DNA of 64,000 nt. It comes from Treponemataceae bacterium. GTDB taxonomy: Bacteria; Spirochaetota; Spirochaetia; Treponematales; Rectinemataceae. This document shows, piece by piece, positions 48,734-57,915 of this stretch. The stretch covers positions 288,001 through 352,000 of the forward strand of contig CAXXHO010000003.1 of NCBI GenBank assembly GCA_963667725.2, in the 5' to 3' direction. The notes below the pieces were generated by a model that was given only the letters and a program-made list of their open reading frames with translations, did no database searches and was not told where the DNA came from. Numbering within the stretch: the stretch's first letter is position 1; each line of letters starts with the position of its first letter. The translations under genes were made by a program, and so were the position numbers.

Positions 48734-49029
48734 TTCGGATCGGTCCCGTACAGTTGTTTGTATTTTTTTTTAAGGTAGTCGTTCTCCACTTGGAGCTGTC
48801 CTATCTGTTTGTACAGTTCATCCTTTTGCCTCGTGGCGTCTTCTGTTGTTTTATCCTTCCCTTCTTTCTCAAAGAGCGCCGATGCGTGCTCCGAAAGTTG
48901 CCTTTTCCAGAGCGCGATCATGTTCGGATGGACCGAGTAAGTAATCGCCAGTTCCTGCAGAGTCTTTTCGCCCTTCAGGGCTTCCAAGGCTACTTTGGCC
49001 TTGAATTCTTTGTCGTACCGCTTTCTCAT
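48727..49029 (-). CDS. IS3 transposase OrfA
   Basis: MRKRYDKEFKAKVALEA HTH; LYKQIGQL.VENDYLKKK. Confidence 0.92.
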   Translation of the reverse strand: MRKRYDKEFKAKVALEALKGEKTLQELAITYSVHPNMIALWKRQLSEHASALFEKEGKDKTTEDATRQKDELYKQIGQLQVENDYLKKKYKQLYGTDPKW

Positions 49030-49286
49030 AGCTAACTCTATGCCTCCTTCTTTCCGTTCTGCAAGGAGGAGCGGTCCACTTTATATTGTCTCTATTCCTG
49101 TCCAGTTATCGCGGCTCATTATAGAATGAGACTCCGATTTCAGAGCGAGCCTTAATTTTCTTCTTGTCTAGCTAAAATTGATGGCAATGGCTACAACTGT
49201 GTCAAAGGAGGAGCATTTTTTGAGGCTTTTATCCCTAACTTTTAATAGGTTATCTTATAAATGCTTACAGAACAAACACTTAAATA

Positions 49287-49331
49287 GTGGAGAATAGGGG
49301 ATTCGAACCCCTGACCTATAGATTGCGAATC
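49287..49331 (-). mobile_element. 3' half of tRNA-Ala(CGC): att site of an integrated island extending to the right
   Basis: Reverse complement GA-TTCGCAA-TCTAT-AGGTC-AGGGG-TTCGAAT-CCCCT-ATTCTCC-AC: anticodon loop, T-arm and acceptor 3' strand present; 5' half absent. Confidence 0.85.
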
Positions 49332-49473
49332 AATGTTAGCATCTTCCCTAACTATCCTACAAACTCCCTATAGTCTACCTTATTTGTTGCACTAAAGCAA
49401 GATATGCTAAAGCTGATGCCTAGTATATCCCTATGATTCCATACAGGATCAGGCGTGCATCTTACAGTCCCTC

Positions 49474-49677
49474 TTACATTAAGTCAGTAATATTTACTTT
49501 CAGTGCCTCTGCGATTCTGTATAATGACTCTAAAGTTGGTTCTTTCCGTTTTGATTCAATATAGAAGATTGCACTATGCGACAAACCAGAGTCATTAGCC
49601 AATTTTAGGATTGAAATGCCCTTAGAATTGCGAATGCTTCTAATTCTTTCACAAACAACTTCTATTTCTTTTCGCAT
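49474..49677 (-). CDS. XRE family HTH regulator
   Basis: RIRSIRNSKGISILKLA..SGLS...I..IE.....PTL..L..IA.AL. Confidence 0.88.
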   Translation of the reverse strand: MRKEIEVVCERIRSIRNSKGISILKLANDSGLSHSAIFYIESKRKEPTLESLYRIAEALKVNITDLM

Positions 49678-49687
49678 TTACTGCTTG

Positions 49688-49742
49688 ACTCTTTAAAGAG
49701 AGTAAGCTTATTATTTTGTTAATACGACTCTCTATAGAGAGT
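49688..49742. promoter_or_regulatory. Two 16-bp palindromic operators upstream of the XRE gene
   Basis: ACTCTCTATAGAGAGT (perfect palindrome, 49727-49742) and ACTCTTTAAAGAGAGT (49688-49703). Confidence 0.7.
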
Positions 49743-49856
49743 TATATATATAATGATACCGATTAAGTTTAGATGAAGGTCAAGAATTTTAAGGGATAAT
49801 CGATACTCTAATTGTATTTATTAAAATGATATAGGTACAAATATGGAGATAGTGGA

Positions 49857-51257
49857 ATGAAGAAACCAGGAACGATAATTCTTATAGCATTATTTCTTTC
49901 CTTAGCCATTGCCTGTTCACCGGTGATCAATACTATCGTCACTACTACGACAATCCCGACAACCACTACATCCTCTACAACTACGTCTACAACGACAATA
50001 CCCATCGCCACTACAACAACGACTTCATCTACAACAACAACAACGATTGTACCAAAATATACGGTGAGCTTTGAAACTAATGGTGGATCATTAGTAAACC
50101 CAATTGTGGAAAGCAGAATAACAGAAATTCCAGTATCTGCAAAAAGTGCATATGCTTTGGAAGGATGGTTTTCCAATTCTTCTTTTACATCAGCAAGCAA
50201 GATTAGTTTTCCCTATGTGCCTACATCTAGCATCACCATTTATGCAAAATGGATATCTGCGACTGAAGGGCTACAATTTGAAACCAGTGGTGATGGATAC
50301 AGTGTCTCAAAAGGAACAGCTAACACATCAGGTAGTATAACCATTCCCGAGTTCTGGTTGGGTAAAAGTGTCATTAGTATTGGAATAGAGGGCTTTAGGG
50401 ACAGTGTTGACTTGCTACAGATTAATATTCCCAATAGTGTCAAAACAATTAAAAATGGGGCTTTTAGAAATTGCTTAAGTCTTTCTACTATTACAATTCC
50501 TGATAGTGTTACTACAATAGAATCGGATACATTCTATAATAGTGGTTTGCATAGTATAACCGTCCCTAATGGCATAGTAACAATAACAGCTGTGACATTT
50601 GGTAGCTGTGATAAACTAACTGATGTAGTGTTACCAAGTAGTATAACTTCGATAGAAGATTGTGCTTTTACTTATTGTACTTCGTTGAAGTCCATCAATC
50701 TTCCAGAAGGATTAGCTTCAATCGGTAAGGGGGCTTTCTCGGTTTGCAGCAGCCTAAAGAATATTAATCTACCGAGTAGTCTAAAAAGTCTTGGTGAAAG
50801 CGCATTTTTTTCAACCGGGTTGACTGGTGAATTAATAATTCCAAAGGGTATTGGAATAATTGACATTGGTGCATTTAATATTAGTAGAGGAATTACTAAA
50901 GTAATAATACCAGAAGGAATTACTTCAATCGGTCGTTTTGCATTTAATGGATGTAATATTACTGAACTATCACTACCGAACAGCCTAACCTCCATTGGGA
51001 ACTCTGCATTTTCTGAAAGTTATATAAGTAGCCTTACTATTCCATCAAATGTGAATTTAATAGGAGCGTCTGCTTTTTCTGGATGTTTTGACCTAGCAAT
51101 TGTAAAAGCCGATCCAATAGTTCCACCCTTAACAAATGAAACACTTTTTGATTCATGTATTAAACTTACTACCATCAAAGTGCCGTCAGTGAGTGTTAAT
51201 GCTTACAAGACAAGCGATGGATGGAGTATATACTCAGATAAGGTTATATCTCAATGA
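49857..51257 (+). CDS. BspA-type leucine-rich-repeat surface lipoprotein with Thr-rich stalk and InlB B-repeat-like domain
   Basis: Lipobox LAIAC; poly-Thr; YTVSFETNGGS...GWF...YAKW; repeated IP.SV..I...AF..C..L. Confidence 0.9.
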   Translation: MKKPGTIILIALFLSLAIACSPVINTIVTTTTIPTTTTSSTTTSTTTIPIATTTTTSSTTTTTIVPKYTVSFETNGGSLVNPIVESRITEIPVSAKSAYALEGWFSNSSFTSASKISFPYVPTSSITIYAKWISATEGLQFETSGDGYSVSKGTANTSGSITIPEFWLGKSVISIGIEGFRDSVDLLQINIPNSVKTIKNGAFRNCLSLSTITIPDSVTTIESDTFYNSGLHSITVPNGIVTITAVTFGSCDKLTDVVLPSSITSIEDCAFTYCTSLKSINLPEGLASIGKGAFSVCSSLKNINLPSSLKSLGESAFFSTGLTGELIIPKGIGIIDIGAFNISRGITKVIIPEGITSIGRFAFNGCNITELSLPNSLTSIGNSAFSESYISSLTIPSNVNLIGASAFSGCFDLAIVKADPIVPPLTNETLFDSCIKLTTIKVPSVSVNAYKTSDGWSIYSDKVISQ

Positions 51258-51485
51258 CAGAAATAATTACTGAGCATAAGGAAGATTAAGCAATTTTGGT
51301 AAAAGGTTATTTGTTTAATCAATTTTTTGATTGTAACTATGTTATGACATTTTTGTGAACAGTAGATAAAAAGTTTATCGATATCAAGTAAGAGTTTTAT
51401 TGCTCTGATTATATAACTAATAGTCGTTGTCTATACTAAAGTAATTCTTTATTAAAAAAAAATAGAATAATTTACTTGTTTTTCA

Positions 51486-51513
51486 TTGACATAATCCTAG
51501 ACAGGAGCATAAT
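51486..51513 (+). promoter_or_regulatory. Putative sigma70 promoter
   Basis: TTGACA-16bp-CATAAT upstream of 51581. Confidence 0.45.
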
Positions 51514-51580
51514 TTATTTATTCCAGTAGATTAGCATAAGTATGAACTAACTTGGGCATCTTTATTACAGGAGAAGTAAT

Positions 51581-52660
51581 ATGTTCAAGAGGACTTTCTT
51601 ATGTTTAACTCTTCTAGTGATATCATGGTCCTATGTAATCGCAGATCCTGAAGAAGATAGACTACTAGATAGTCTATACAATACATATGAATCATCATCA
51701 AAAAGCGAAATGGTTAATCGAATAGCTACATTTCTCATGCTTGATGATAATAGTATAAGGAGAATACGAAATGGAGATCATACAGGTATCAGCATACCTG
51801 TACCAGTGGTTGATCAATTAGCTAATGTATTTTTTAGTACTGAAAGTGACTATACAAATTTTCAAGAACTTAGAAGGAAGTATATCAGTACAAGAGATCA
51901 AACAATAATTGAAAATAATATGGAATGGATAGCTAAAAAGACTGTTTCTAAAGATGTATTAGATGCTTGGATAAAGTATAAGGAAATTAAGGCAGCCGCT
52001 AATGGTTTGTCATATGAATTAAAAATAACTAGGGGTTCAAAAACAGCAGTACTTACGATATTTTGGAGACCCATGGATGATTTTGCTCCAGATTCAATAT
52101 TAGTCAGTTCCATTGATCTTTATAATATCAAACTAAACAGTCCTGGTTCATTTAAGATAAATACAAGAATATCTAAAGGAAGTACTTCGGTAATATTAAG
52201 AAGGGATAATGATGAGGATACAATAATACTTATTAAATTTGCAGGAGTTGGAAATGAAATATCGTGTATGACTCAAAGTAGTAGTTGGAATAATGGCATA
52301 ACAAATGGTATAGAAGGGGGTTGGACAATTACCAATACTAGATTTGTACCAAAAAGATTGGCAATTGATTGGGGAGCTGTATTCCAAATAGGCAATTACG
52401 TTCGTTTTCAAAAGTATACAAAGGGTGGTAATAATATATATAAGTCGAATTTGGAACAAAATGTTATGGAGACTTACAGGATCTTAGATAATAGAATTGT
52501 CAAAATATTGGACTTAACTAGCCCAGATGGAGCTCCAGTAATAAGTCGTTCTGAAAATAATGAAGAACTATTAGGGATATATGTAATTAATGGCAATCAT
52601 GCTATTTTATCGCTTTATAATGAATGTATTGTTGAAATGGAAAGGTATGAAGAAGACTAA
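51581..52660 (+). CDS. Exported hypothetical protein
   Basis: 359-aa ORF in AT-rich DNA, AGGAG RBS, signal peptide ending VIA-D; no family recognised. Confidence 0.75.
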   Translation: MFKRTFLCLTLLVISWSYVIADPEEDRLLDSLYNTYESSSKSEMVNRIATFLMLDDNSIRRIRNGDHTGISIPVPVVDQLANVFFSTESDYTNFQELRRKYISTRDQTIIENNMEWIAKKTVSKDVLDAWIKYKEIKAAANGLSYELKITRGSKTAVLTIFWRPMDDFAPDSILVSSIDLYNIKLNSPGSFKINTRISKGSTSVILRRDNDEDTIILIKFAGVGNEISCMTQSSSWNNGITNGIEGGWTITNTRFVPKRLAIDWGAVFQIGNYVRFQKYTKGGNNIYKSNLEQNVMETYRILDNRIVKILDLTSPDGAPVISRSENNEELLGIYVINGNHAILSLYNECIVEMERYEED

Positions 52661-52868
52661 AAAGGAACTTAATTAGGGTTAGTGATTATAGTGATCCTGA
52701 TGTCCTGTGCCTTGGAGATTGGAACGCTGATGGCCGTTCCTACAGTGAGTCAATAGTCTAAATGAAATGATATACCCCATAGAATGTAACTTGTGGATAA
52801 AGCAGTTTATAAAAAGCTTAAGAAAGCTGGCATTTGACTTTAAAAAGTTGAAGATAAATAAAAATCGT

Positions 52869-53345
52869 AATCCACCGGCTAAGCCGGTGAGGCTTAAAAA
52901 GGCTATGCCGTGGAGTGCGAGATAGAATAAGGTACCCCTAAGGTAGCCCCCTGACAAAGGCAACCAAAAGAGTACCAAGTAGATTGGCAAAGCTTAGCCC
53001 ACACCAAGTGGGAGTGTAAGTATCACATAGTAATCGAACCAAAGTACAGAAAGAAAGTGCTCTATGGTAAGATACGAAAAAGGATAGGGGAACTACTACG
53101 AGAATTATGCAAATATAAAGGGATCGAAATACTAGAAGGGTATGCAATGTCCGATCATGTGCATCTGTGTTTGTCGGTACCACCGAAATATAGTATTTCA
53201 ATGGCGATTGGGTATTTGAAATGGAAAAGTGCAATCCGGGATACACCGGGAGGTATTAGGAACCAAAATAGGATTTACATATAAGAACTTCTGGAGTAGA
53301 GGATATTGTGTTAGTACCGTAGGTCTCAATGAAGAGCATCTGAAC
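52869..53345 (+). pseudogene. tnpA: IS200/IS605 TnpA (Y1 HUH) remnant with left-end hairpin
   Basis: Hairpin CACCGGCTAAGCCGGTG; SLAHTKWECKYHIV..PKYRKK, DHVH, frameshift, then FWSRGYCVSTVG; truncated. Confidence 0.85.
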
Positions 53346-53437
53346 TACAGGTGGACTGAATTTCAAATTGACCTATCACTAAATGCCAAATGTGTCTTGA
53401 TATATTAATGATCAATGGACTTAAGGAGAATTAGGAA

Positions 53438-53737
53438 GTGAACAAAGCAATCATGAAAAACTTGAAACGCTCAAGCCTGAAGCTTATCAAAATGGCTAAC
53501 GAGCTATTAACCTTAGCCGAAAATATCGACTCGCTAGTCGCAGCAAAAGAAAGGCAGGTGAATAAAGAAGCTTTAGATAACAAGGACAAGGTTCAGAGGC
53601 CTGTATCAAATAAGAAAACTGTAGCTGTGACTGCCAAGAAGGAGCCTAAGAATCAGACTGTTAAAAAGGAATTGACTTCAGTGTCAATGGAAAAACCAAA
53701 AGCTAAGAGGGGTAGACCTGCTAAGAAAGGAATTTAA
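53438..53737 (+). CDS. Small Lys-rich protein with C-terminal AT-hook-like motif
   Basis: N-terminal coiled-coil-like helix, basic tail ending KAKRGRPAKKG; purine-rich RBS. Confidence 0.6.
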   Translation: MNKAIMKNLKRSSLKLIKMANELLTLAENIDSLVAAKERQVNKEALDNKDKVQRPVSNKKTVAVTAKKEPKNQTVKKELTSVSMEKPKAKRGRPAKKGI

Positions 53738-53775
53738 TCCTTTACAGTATTTTATTATATCTATAAAGAGGTAGT

Positions 53776-54534
53776 ATGCCAGTTAAAAGTAATTCACTTA
53801 CTCATTTTACAGAGGAAATTGATACTCTTAGAAGTATTTTGGAAAATGGCTTTTTACCCTCATACTGTACTGAAGATTTTTCATATATTTTTGAGTCAAC
53901 ACCTCTAATACCTTCTGCACCAAGCATTCCAATGGTCTGCTTTTGTGATATACCAATTCATCTAATTAATGATCATATTGAACGGTATGGAAAGTATGGT
54001 TTAGGTCTCCAAAAATCTTGGGGAATAAAGAAACACTTGAATCCTGTTTCATATATCATTGCTGAATCAAGTTATACTAATAGTCTAATAATGTACGCTC
54101 AATTTTTTATGAAGGCTCTTGATATATTAGTCGGTAGTATTTCTTCAAAAGAAAAAATAGCATATCTAAAAGGGTTTGCATTAATATTATCATATACAAA
54201 GCCTTGTATAATTAAGGTTGATGGTGAAGATTTTGATGCATCACAAGAAAATGAATGGAGGTATATTCCATTCGACTTTACTAGCACACAAATATTCCCA
54301 TTTGATCTTGAAGAACCAATAGCGAAAGCTGCTGGAGAAAAAAGATTTCTAAAAGACTATCCACTACAATTTGAGCCTGATGATATTAAGTACATTTTCG
54401 TAAAAGAAGAATCCGATAGATTGCATGTGGTTAATATGATAAAGGAATTAAAATCAAGCAAGTATACCAATGACCAGCTAGCTATATTAACAAGTAAAAT
54501 ATTATCCTCGGAACAGATTATATATGATATGTAG
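53776..54534 (+). CDS. AbiGi-family abortive-infection protein
   Basis: LTHFT...L.SIL..GF...YC.E, PMVCFCDIP...I..H...YG.YG.GL.K.W, ENEWRY, L.F...DI.YI.V. Confidence 0.75.
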   Translation: MPVKSNSLTHFTEEIDTLRSILENGFLPSYCTEDFSYIFESTPLIPSAPSIPMVCFCDIPIHLINDHIERYGKYGLGLQKSWGIKKHLNPVSYIIAESSYTNSLIMYAQFFMKALDILVGSISSKEKIAYLKGFALILSYTKPCIIKVDGEDFDASQENEWRYIPFDFTSTQIFPFDLEEPIAKAAGEKRFLKDYPLQFEPDDIKYIFVKEESDRLHVVNMIKELKSSKYTNDQLAILTSKILSSEQIIYDM

Positions 54535-54757
54535 TTCTAGAATAGTATGATCAATGTTATGTAATCTGTCCATGGAATCCATCTCTGCCCTTTATCTCCT
54601 TCCCCTATCTAACCCTTCAAAATCCAAGCTCATACCCGTAAGTAAAGACCATCAAGCTGAGAAATCTTTTCAGTGATAGCTGCCTGAAGAGTATCTTTGT
54701 GACCATTAGCCTCGATCTTATTGCTCTGATCATTATTGGCTCTCCTCCCCTTAATAG

Positions 54758-56398
54758 TTATACGTTAACCTTTATATCCTTTTCCCTATTCAGATTTTCC
54801 TTTGGCTGCTCCTTCTCCCTATTCCTCCATTTGTGTTGGTATTCCCTCTCCATCTCATATTGGTCATGCTGCCGCTTTTTAGCTCCAAAGGTTTTTGTGG
54901 CTTCACATATTGCTATCAGTTGATCTCTTGCTACTTCAGCTACAACTTTATAGGTTGTTGACCATTTACCCCGTTTGATCGTGTACCCCGCCTCTACTAT
55001 CCCTACCATCTCAAGTAGCTCAAGTTTTCGTTTAGCACTCTTATAGATCATCTGGTTCCATTGCTTTCCCCATTCGTTGATTGTTCTTTCAGTACCAAGA
55101 GTGAGGGAAGATATGATTATATCTGCATCAAGCCCTAAAGCTCTTGATCTAGAAATGTCACTATTAACCCTGATGCCAGAATTGGAGTGTAGGTTTGACC
55201 ATTCCTCCACGATTCCCCCAGAATAGGTTTGGTCAGGAATACACACCAGATTAGCCACATCATACACTGATGATTTCCAACCATCATACTTATGTACTAG
55301 CTTGATACCTGTCTCTTTAAAGTGATTGAGTACTGATCCATGGGATACCCCACTCTCTTCAGCTATTTGTCTGGTGGATAGACTTAAGCTATGTAGCTTT
55401 GCTGGTCCTGCCATTCTAAGGATGTTGAGGATACCAAGGATGATTTTTCTGAGAGTCCGAGGCATTTCTCTACAATGCTTGTAGTAATAGTAGGAGAGGG
55501 TGAGGTTGGTGTTGAAAGGGGTAGCCTGACTGTGAACCCATGTATAAGCCCTCTGATATTCATCATGAAATCTCTTTTGCCTATCCCCTTCATAGGTGAA
55601 GTACTTCAAATGATCCCTACTACCCCATCTCTCAAAGAGTAATTGAATCTCAGCTTCAGTCAGGTCAAGCCCAACGCCCCGCACCATGAAGGCAAATTCA
55701 GGTTCACTCCTTGAAATATATCCCTGTTTGTCCCCTTCTAGTATCCTTTTATATTTATCCCCGAACCCCCGTATCAGTACTTCAGGGGACTCTAAAGGAA
55801 GCAACTGTTTTGAGGGGGGAATAAGCAAGGTATCAGGTCTTGTGGCATTTTCAAGGTTAGAGAAGAAGGGATCAAGCTGAAGGTCATAGATGGAATCAAC
55901 TTCATAGATTCCTTTGAACCCATCAAGCATTGAGTAGGGGAGTCGTTTGCCTCCTTCTAGGATATAGGAGTCTGGTTCAATGGTGTGACCGGTATATTTG
56001 GCATCCCCAACATTTTCTCCGTTGTACGTAAGCTTGAAAGTCCTATGGAGGTTGGGGTTCTTTAGTCGTACATGGGCATGAATACCCCCATGAGCGGTAG
56101 ATGTTAGGGTAGTCTTCTTACAGATATTATCAAAGCTAGGGGATAGCTCTCTGGCTAATTTAAAGTCCTTGTAGGCTTCAAAGTCCAAGGTAAATAAGTT
56201 GTTGCTTCTTACTCCCGACACCCAAGCAATATTGATAGGATCGGGGATGTCGAAGAGTTTACAGATATCATCGTCTGTCTGAGGTTCAGCGAGATATAGG
56301 TTGTAATCTTTGTTGTTGTACTTCTCGCCTGCTGTAATTGGTACTAATTGAATGCCTGCATCATGGAATTGTAATGCGTTTTGTAATTGTGCTCTCAT
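54758..56398 (-). CDS. Bifunctional DNA primase/polymerase (Prim-Pol) replication protein with C-terminal HTH
   Basis: LVPI..G.K, NIA..SG....L..LDFE, T..GG.H.H, P.S; RSE.EF helical region; LSTRQIAEESGVSH HTH. Confidence 0.7.
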   Translation of the reverse strand: MRAQLQNALQFHDAGIQLVPITAGEKYNNKDYNLYLAEPQTDDDICKLFDIPDPINIAWVSGVRSNNLFTLDFEAYKDFKLARELSPSFDNICKKTTLTSTAHGGIHAHVRLKNPNLHRTFKLTYNGENVGDAKYTGHTIEPDSYILEGGKRLPYSMLDGFKGIYEVDSIYDLQLDPFFSNLENATRPDTLLIPPSKQLLPLESPEVLIRGFGDKYKRILEGDKQGYISRSEPEFAFMVRGVGLDLTEAEIQLLFERWGSRDHLKYFTYEGDRQKRFHDEYQRAYTWVHSQATPFNTNLTLSYYYYKHCREMPRTLRKIILGILNILRMAGPAKLHSLSLSTRQIAEESGVSHGSVLNHFKETGIKLVHKYDGWKSSVYDVANLVCIPDQTYSGGIVEEWSNLHSNSGIRVNSDISRSRALGLDADIIISSLTLGTERTINEWGKQWNQMIYKSAKRKLELLEMVGIVEAGYTIKRGKWSTTYKVVAEVARDQLIAICEATKTFGAKKRQHDQYEMEREYQHKWRNREKEQPKENLNREKDIKVNV

Positions 56399-56843
56399 CT
56401 TTTTGTTTCTTTGGTGCTTTTGTTCTCAATTCGTGGAAAAGACTTTTCTCTTTTTTCTCCTTAAGATTCACTAGATTCGGATACCAAACCTCGTCTGAGC
56501 TAATGAAGGTAGATTTGAGTGGGTACAGTTGGATGGTAGGAAGGCTTACTACTTTCATAGAACTATAGTTAACGGTCTGAAAAGATTAGTGTTGCTTTTG
56601 AGAGGAGAGGAAAGGAGAAGGAGTGGCTTAGTTCAAGAGTGGATGATCAAGGATTAGTGGGAGTGAGTCAAAAAAAGAGAGGAAGGCATTTCTGCTTTTT
56701 CCCCTCCCGCTTGATGAGAGCAATATATATAGTTACATAGTTCAGATATTAGCTTGAAATGGGAATAGTGCGTGAGCAACCTATTAAATAAATTTCGCAT
56801 ATATTTAAGACTTTTAGTTGGTATTACTCAGACATATTAGAAT

Positions 56844-57908
56844 TTATAAGTAGGGACGTGTAACAGTATTTCGCCAGCATTGAGGATCTGGTGCATAGAA
56901 ATCACCGTTTGAGTGTGCGAAGGCTACAGCGGGACACCCCCTACATTCAAAATGGAGAGGGCAATGTACGCATGCTTTGAAATTACTATATTGTCTATAG
57001 TACATTAATGCAGGGGAGGTAAAAATTTCTGCTACTGATTGTTCTGGTAGTTTTCCTATAAAGCTTTCAAATCTTCTGCATGCATAAACGCTGCCGTCTG
57101 GAAGGATTGTTAAGTTGCTTTTCCCAATATGGCACCCAGAAATTATCTGTTTTGCAGGATTATCCTTTATTTTATATTCCCCTTGCTCATATAAAAGCAA
57201 TTTCCATAAATTGTCTTTGTGTGATAACTTGGTTTTATTCCCATGCGAATATAATTCTTTAGATTCTCTTTGAATAGCTAAAAGGACATTCTTATATTGG
57301 ATAGGTGTAAAATCCTCTTTAGCTATTGTACTTAATGAAGGTACATATCGGGCAAATGAAAAAAGGTCTACACCTAGTTCAGAAACGAATCTATATGTTG
57401 GGATTAGGTCTTGTACATTTATTTTGCTCACAGTGAACATGACTATTGAACGTAGGCTAGAGCTAACAAGTTTTTTAATACCATCAACAGTGAAATTAAA
57501 ACTACCTGATCCTCGAATTAAGTCATGAGTATTTTCTAACCCATCAAGGCTCAATTGATAACTCTTTACACCAAGACTTAATAGCTGGTTAATGCAATTC
57601 ATTGTCAGGTAATTTGGATTTCCCATAATATGGCAAGGTATCTCTTTACTATGAAAGTAATTCAATAGTTCCCAGAAATCTTGACGTAGCAGTGGATCAC
57701 CACCAGTTATAAAGAAAACTGGGTAAGCATGCGCCCTCGAACAGAATTCGATGACTGAGTCAACTATCAATATACAATCATTAAGTGAAAGCTCTTTTTC
57801 AAGATCATGAGAGTATCGTAGACTATTAATTGAATAACAATGTTGACATTTTTGTTCGCACTTTGCTGTAATATGCCATTGGATAGCAAACCATGGTAAA
57901 CCATTCAT
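56844..57908 (-). CDS. Radical SAM/SPASM peptide maturase (resembles ACGX-system maturases)
   Basis: QWHIT..CEQKCQHCY, TGGDP, YQLS.DG, FARY.P, KD.LW; SPASM GC...LP.G.VYACRR...C..C.....CRGCPA...DPQCW. Start set to ATG 57908, 7 nt after the peptide stop. Confidence 0.9.
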   Translation of the reverse strand: MNGLPWFAIQWHITAKCEQKCQHCYSINSLRYSHDLEKELSLNDCILIVDSVIEFCSRAHAYPVFFITGGDPLLRQDFWELLNYFHSKEIPCHIMGNPNYLTMNCINQLLSLGVKSYQLSLDGLENTHDLIRGSGSFNFTVDGIKKLVSSSLRSIVMFTVSKINVQDLIPTYRFVSELGVDLFSFARYVPSLSTIAKEDFTPIQYKNVLLAIQRESKELYSHGNKTKLSHKDNLWKLLLYEQGEYKIKDNPAKQIISGCHIGKSNLTILPDGSVYACRRFESFIGKLPEQSVAEIFTSPALMYYRQYSNFKACVHCPLHFECRGCPAVAFAHSNGDFYAPDPQCWRNTVTRPYL

Positions 57909-57915
57909 TAATGCT

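Larger units (their letters stand above)
47836..49123 (-). mobile_element. Intact IS3-family element with 3-bp target duplication (GAA)
   Basis: Terminal IRs both begin TATAATGAGCC; GAA at 47833-47835 and 49124-49126; orfA/orfB with an A9 slippage run near 48763-48771. Confidence 0.92.

Noticed and set aside
49287..49365. Functional tRNA-Ala gene
   Set aside because: The D-arm and 5' acceptor strand are absent and the anticodon stem is broken; treated as an att remnant.
52869..53440. TnpB/omegaRNA system with the IS200 remnant
   Set aside because: tnpA is truncated and no tnpB or right end follows.
56361..56558. 65-aa ORF upstream of Prim-Pol
   Set aside because: No clear RBS or motif and it overlaps the Prim-Pol start; cannot be supported.
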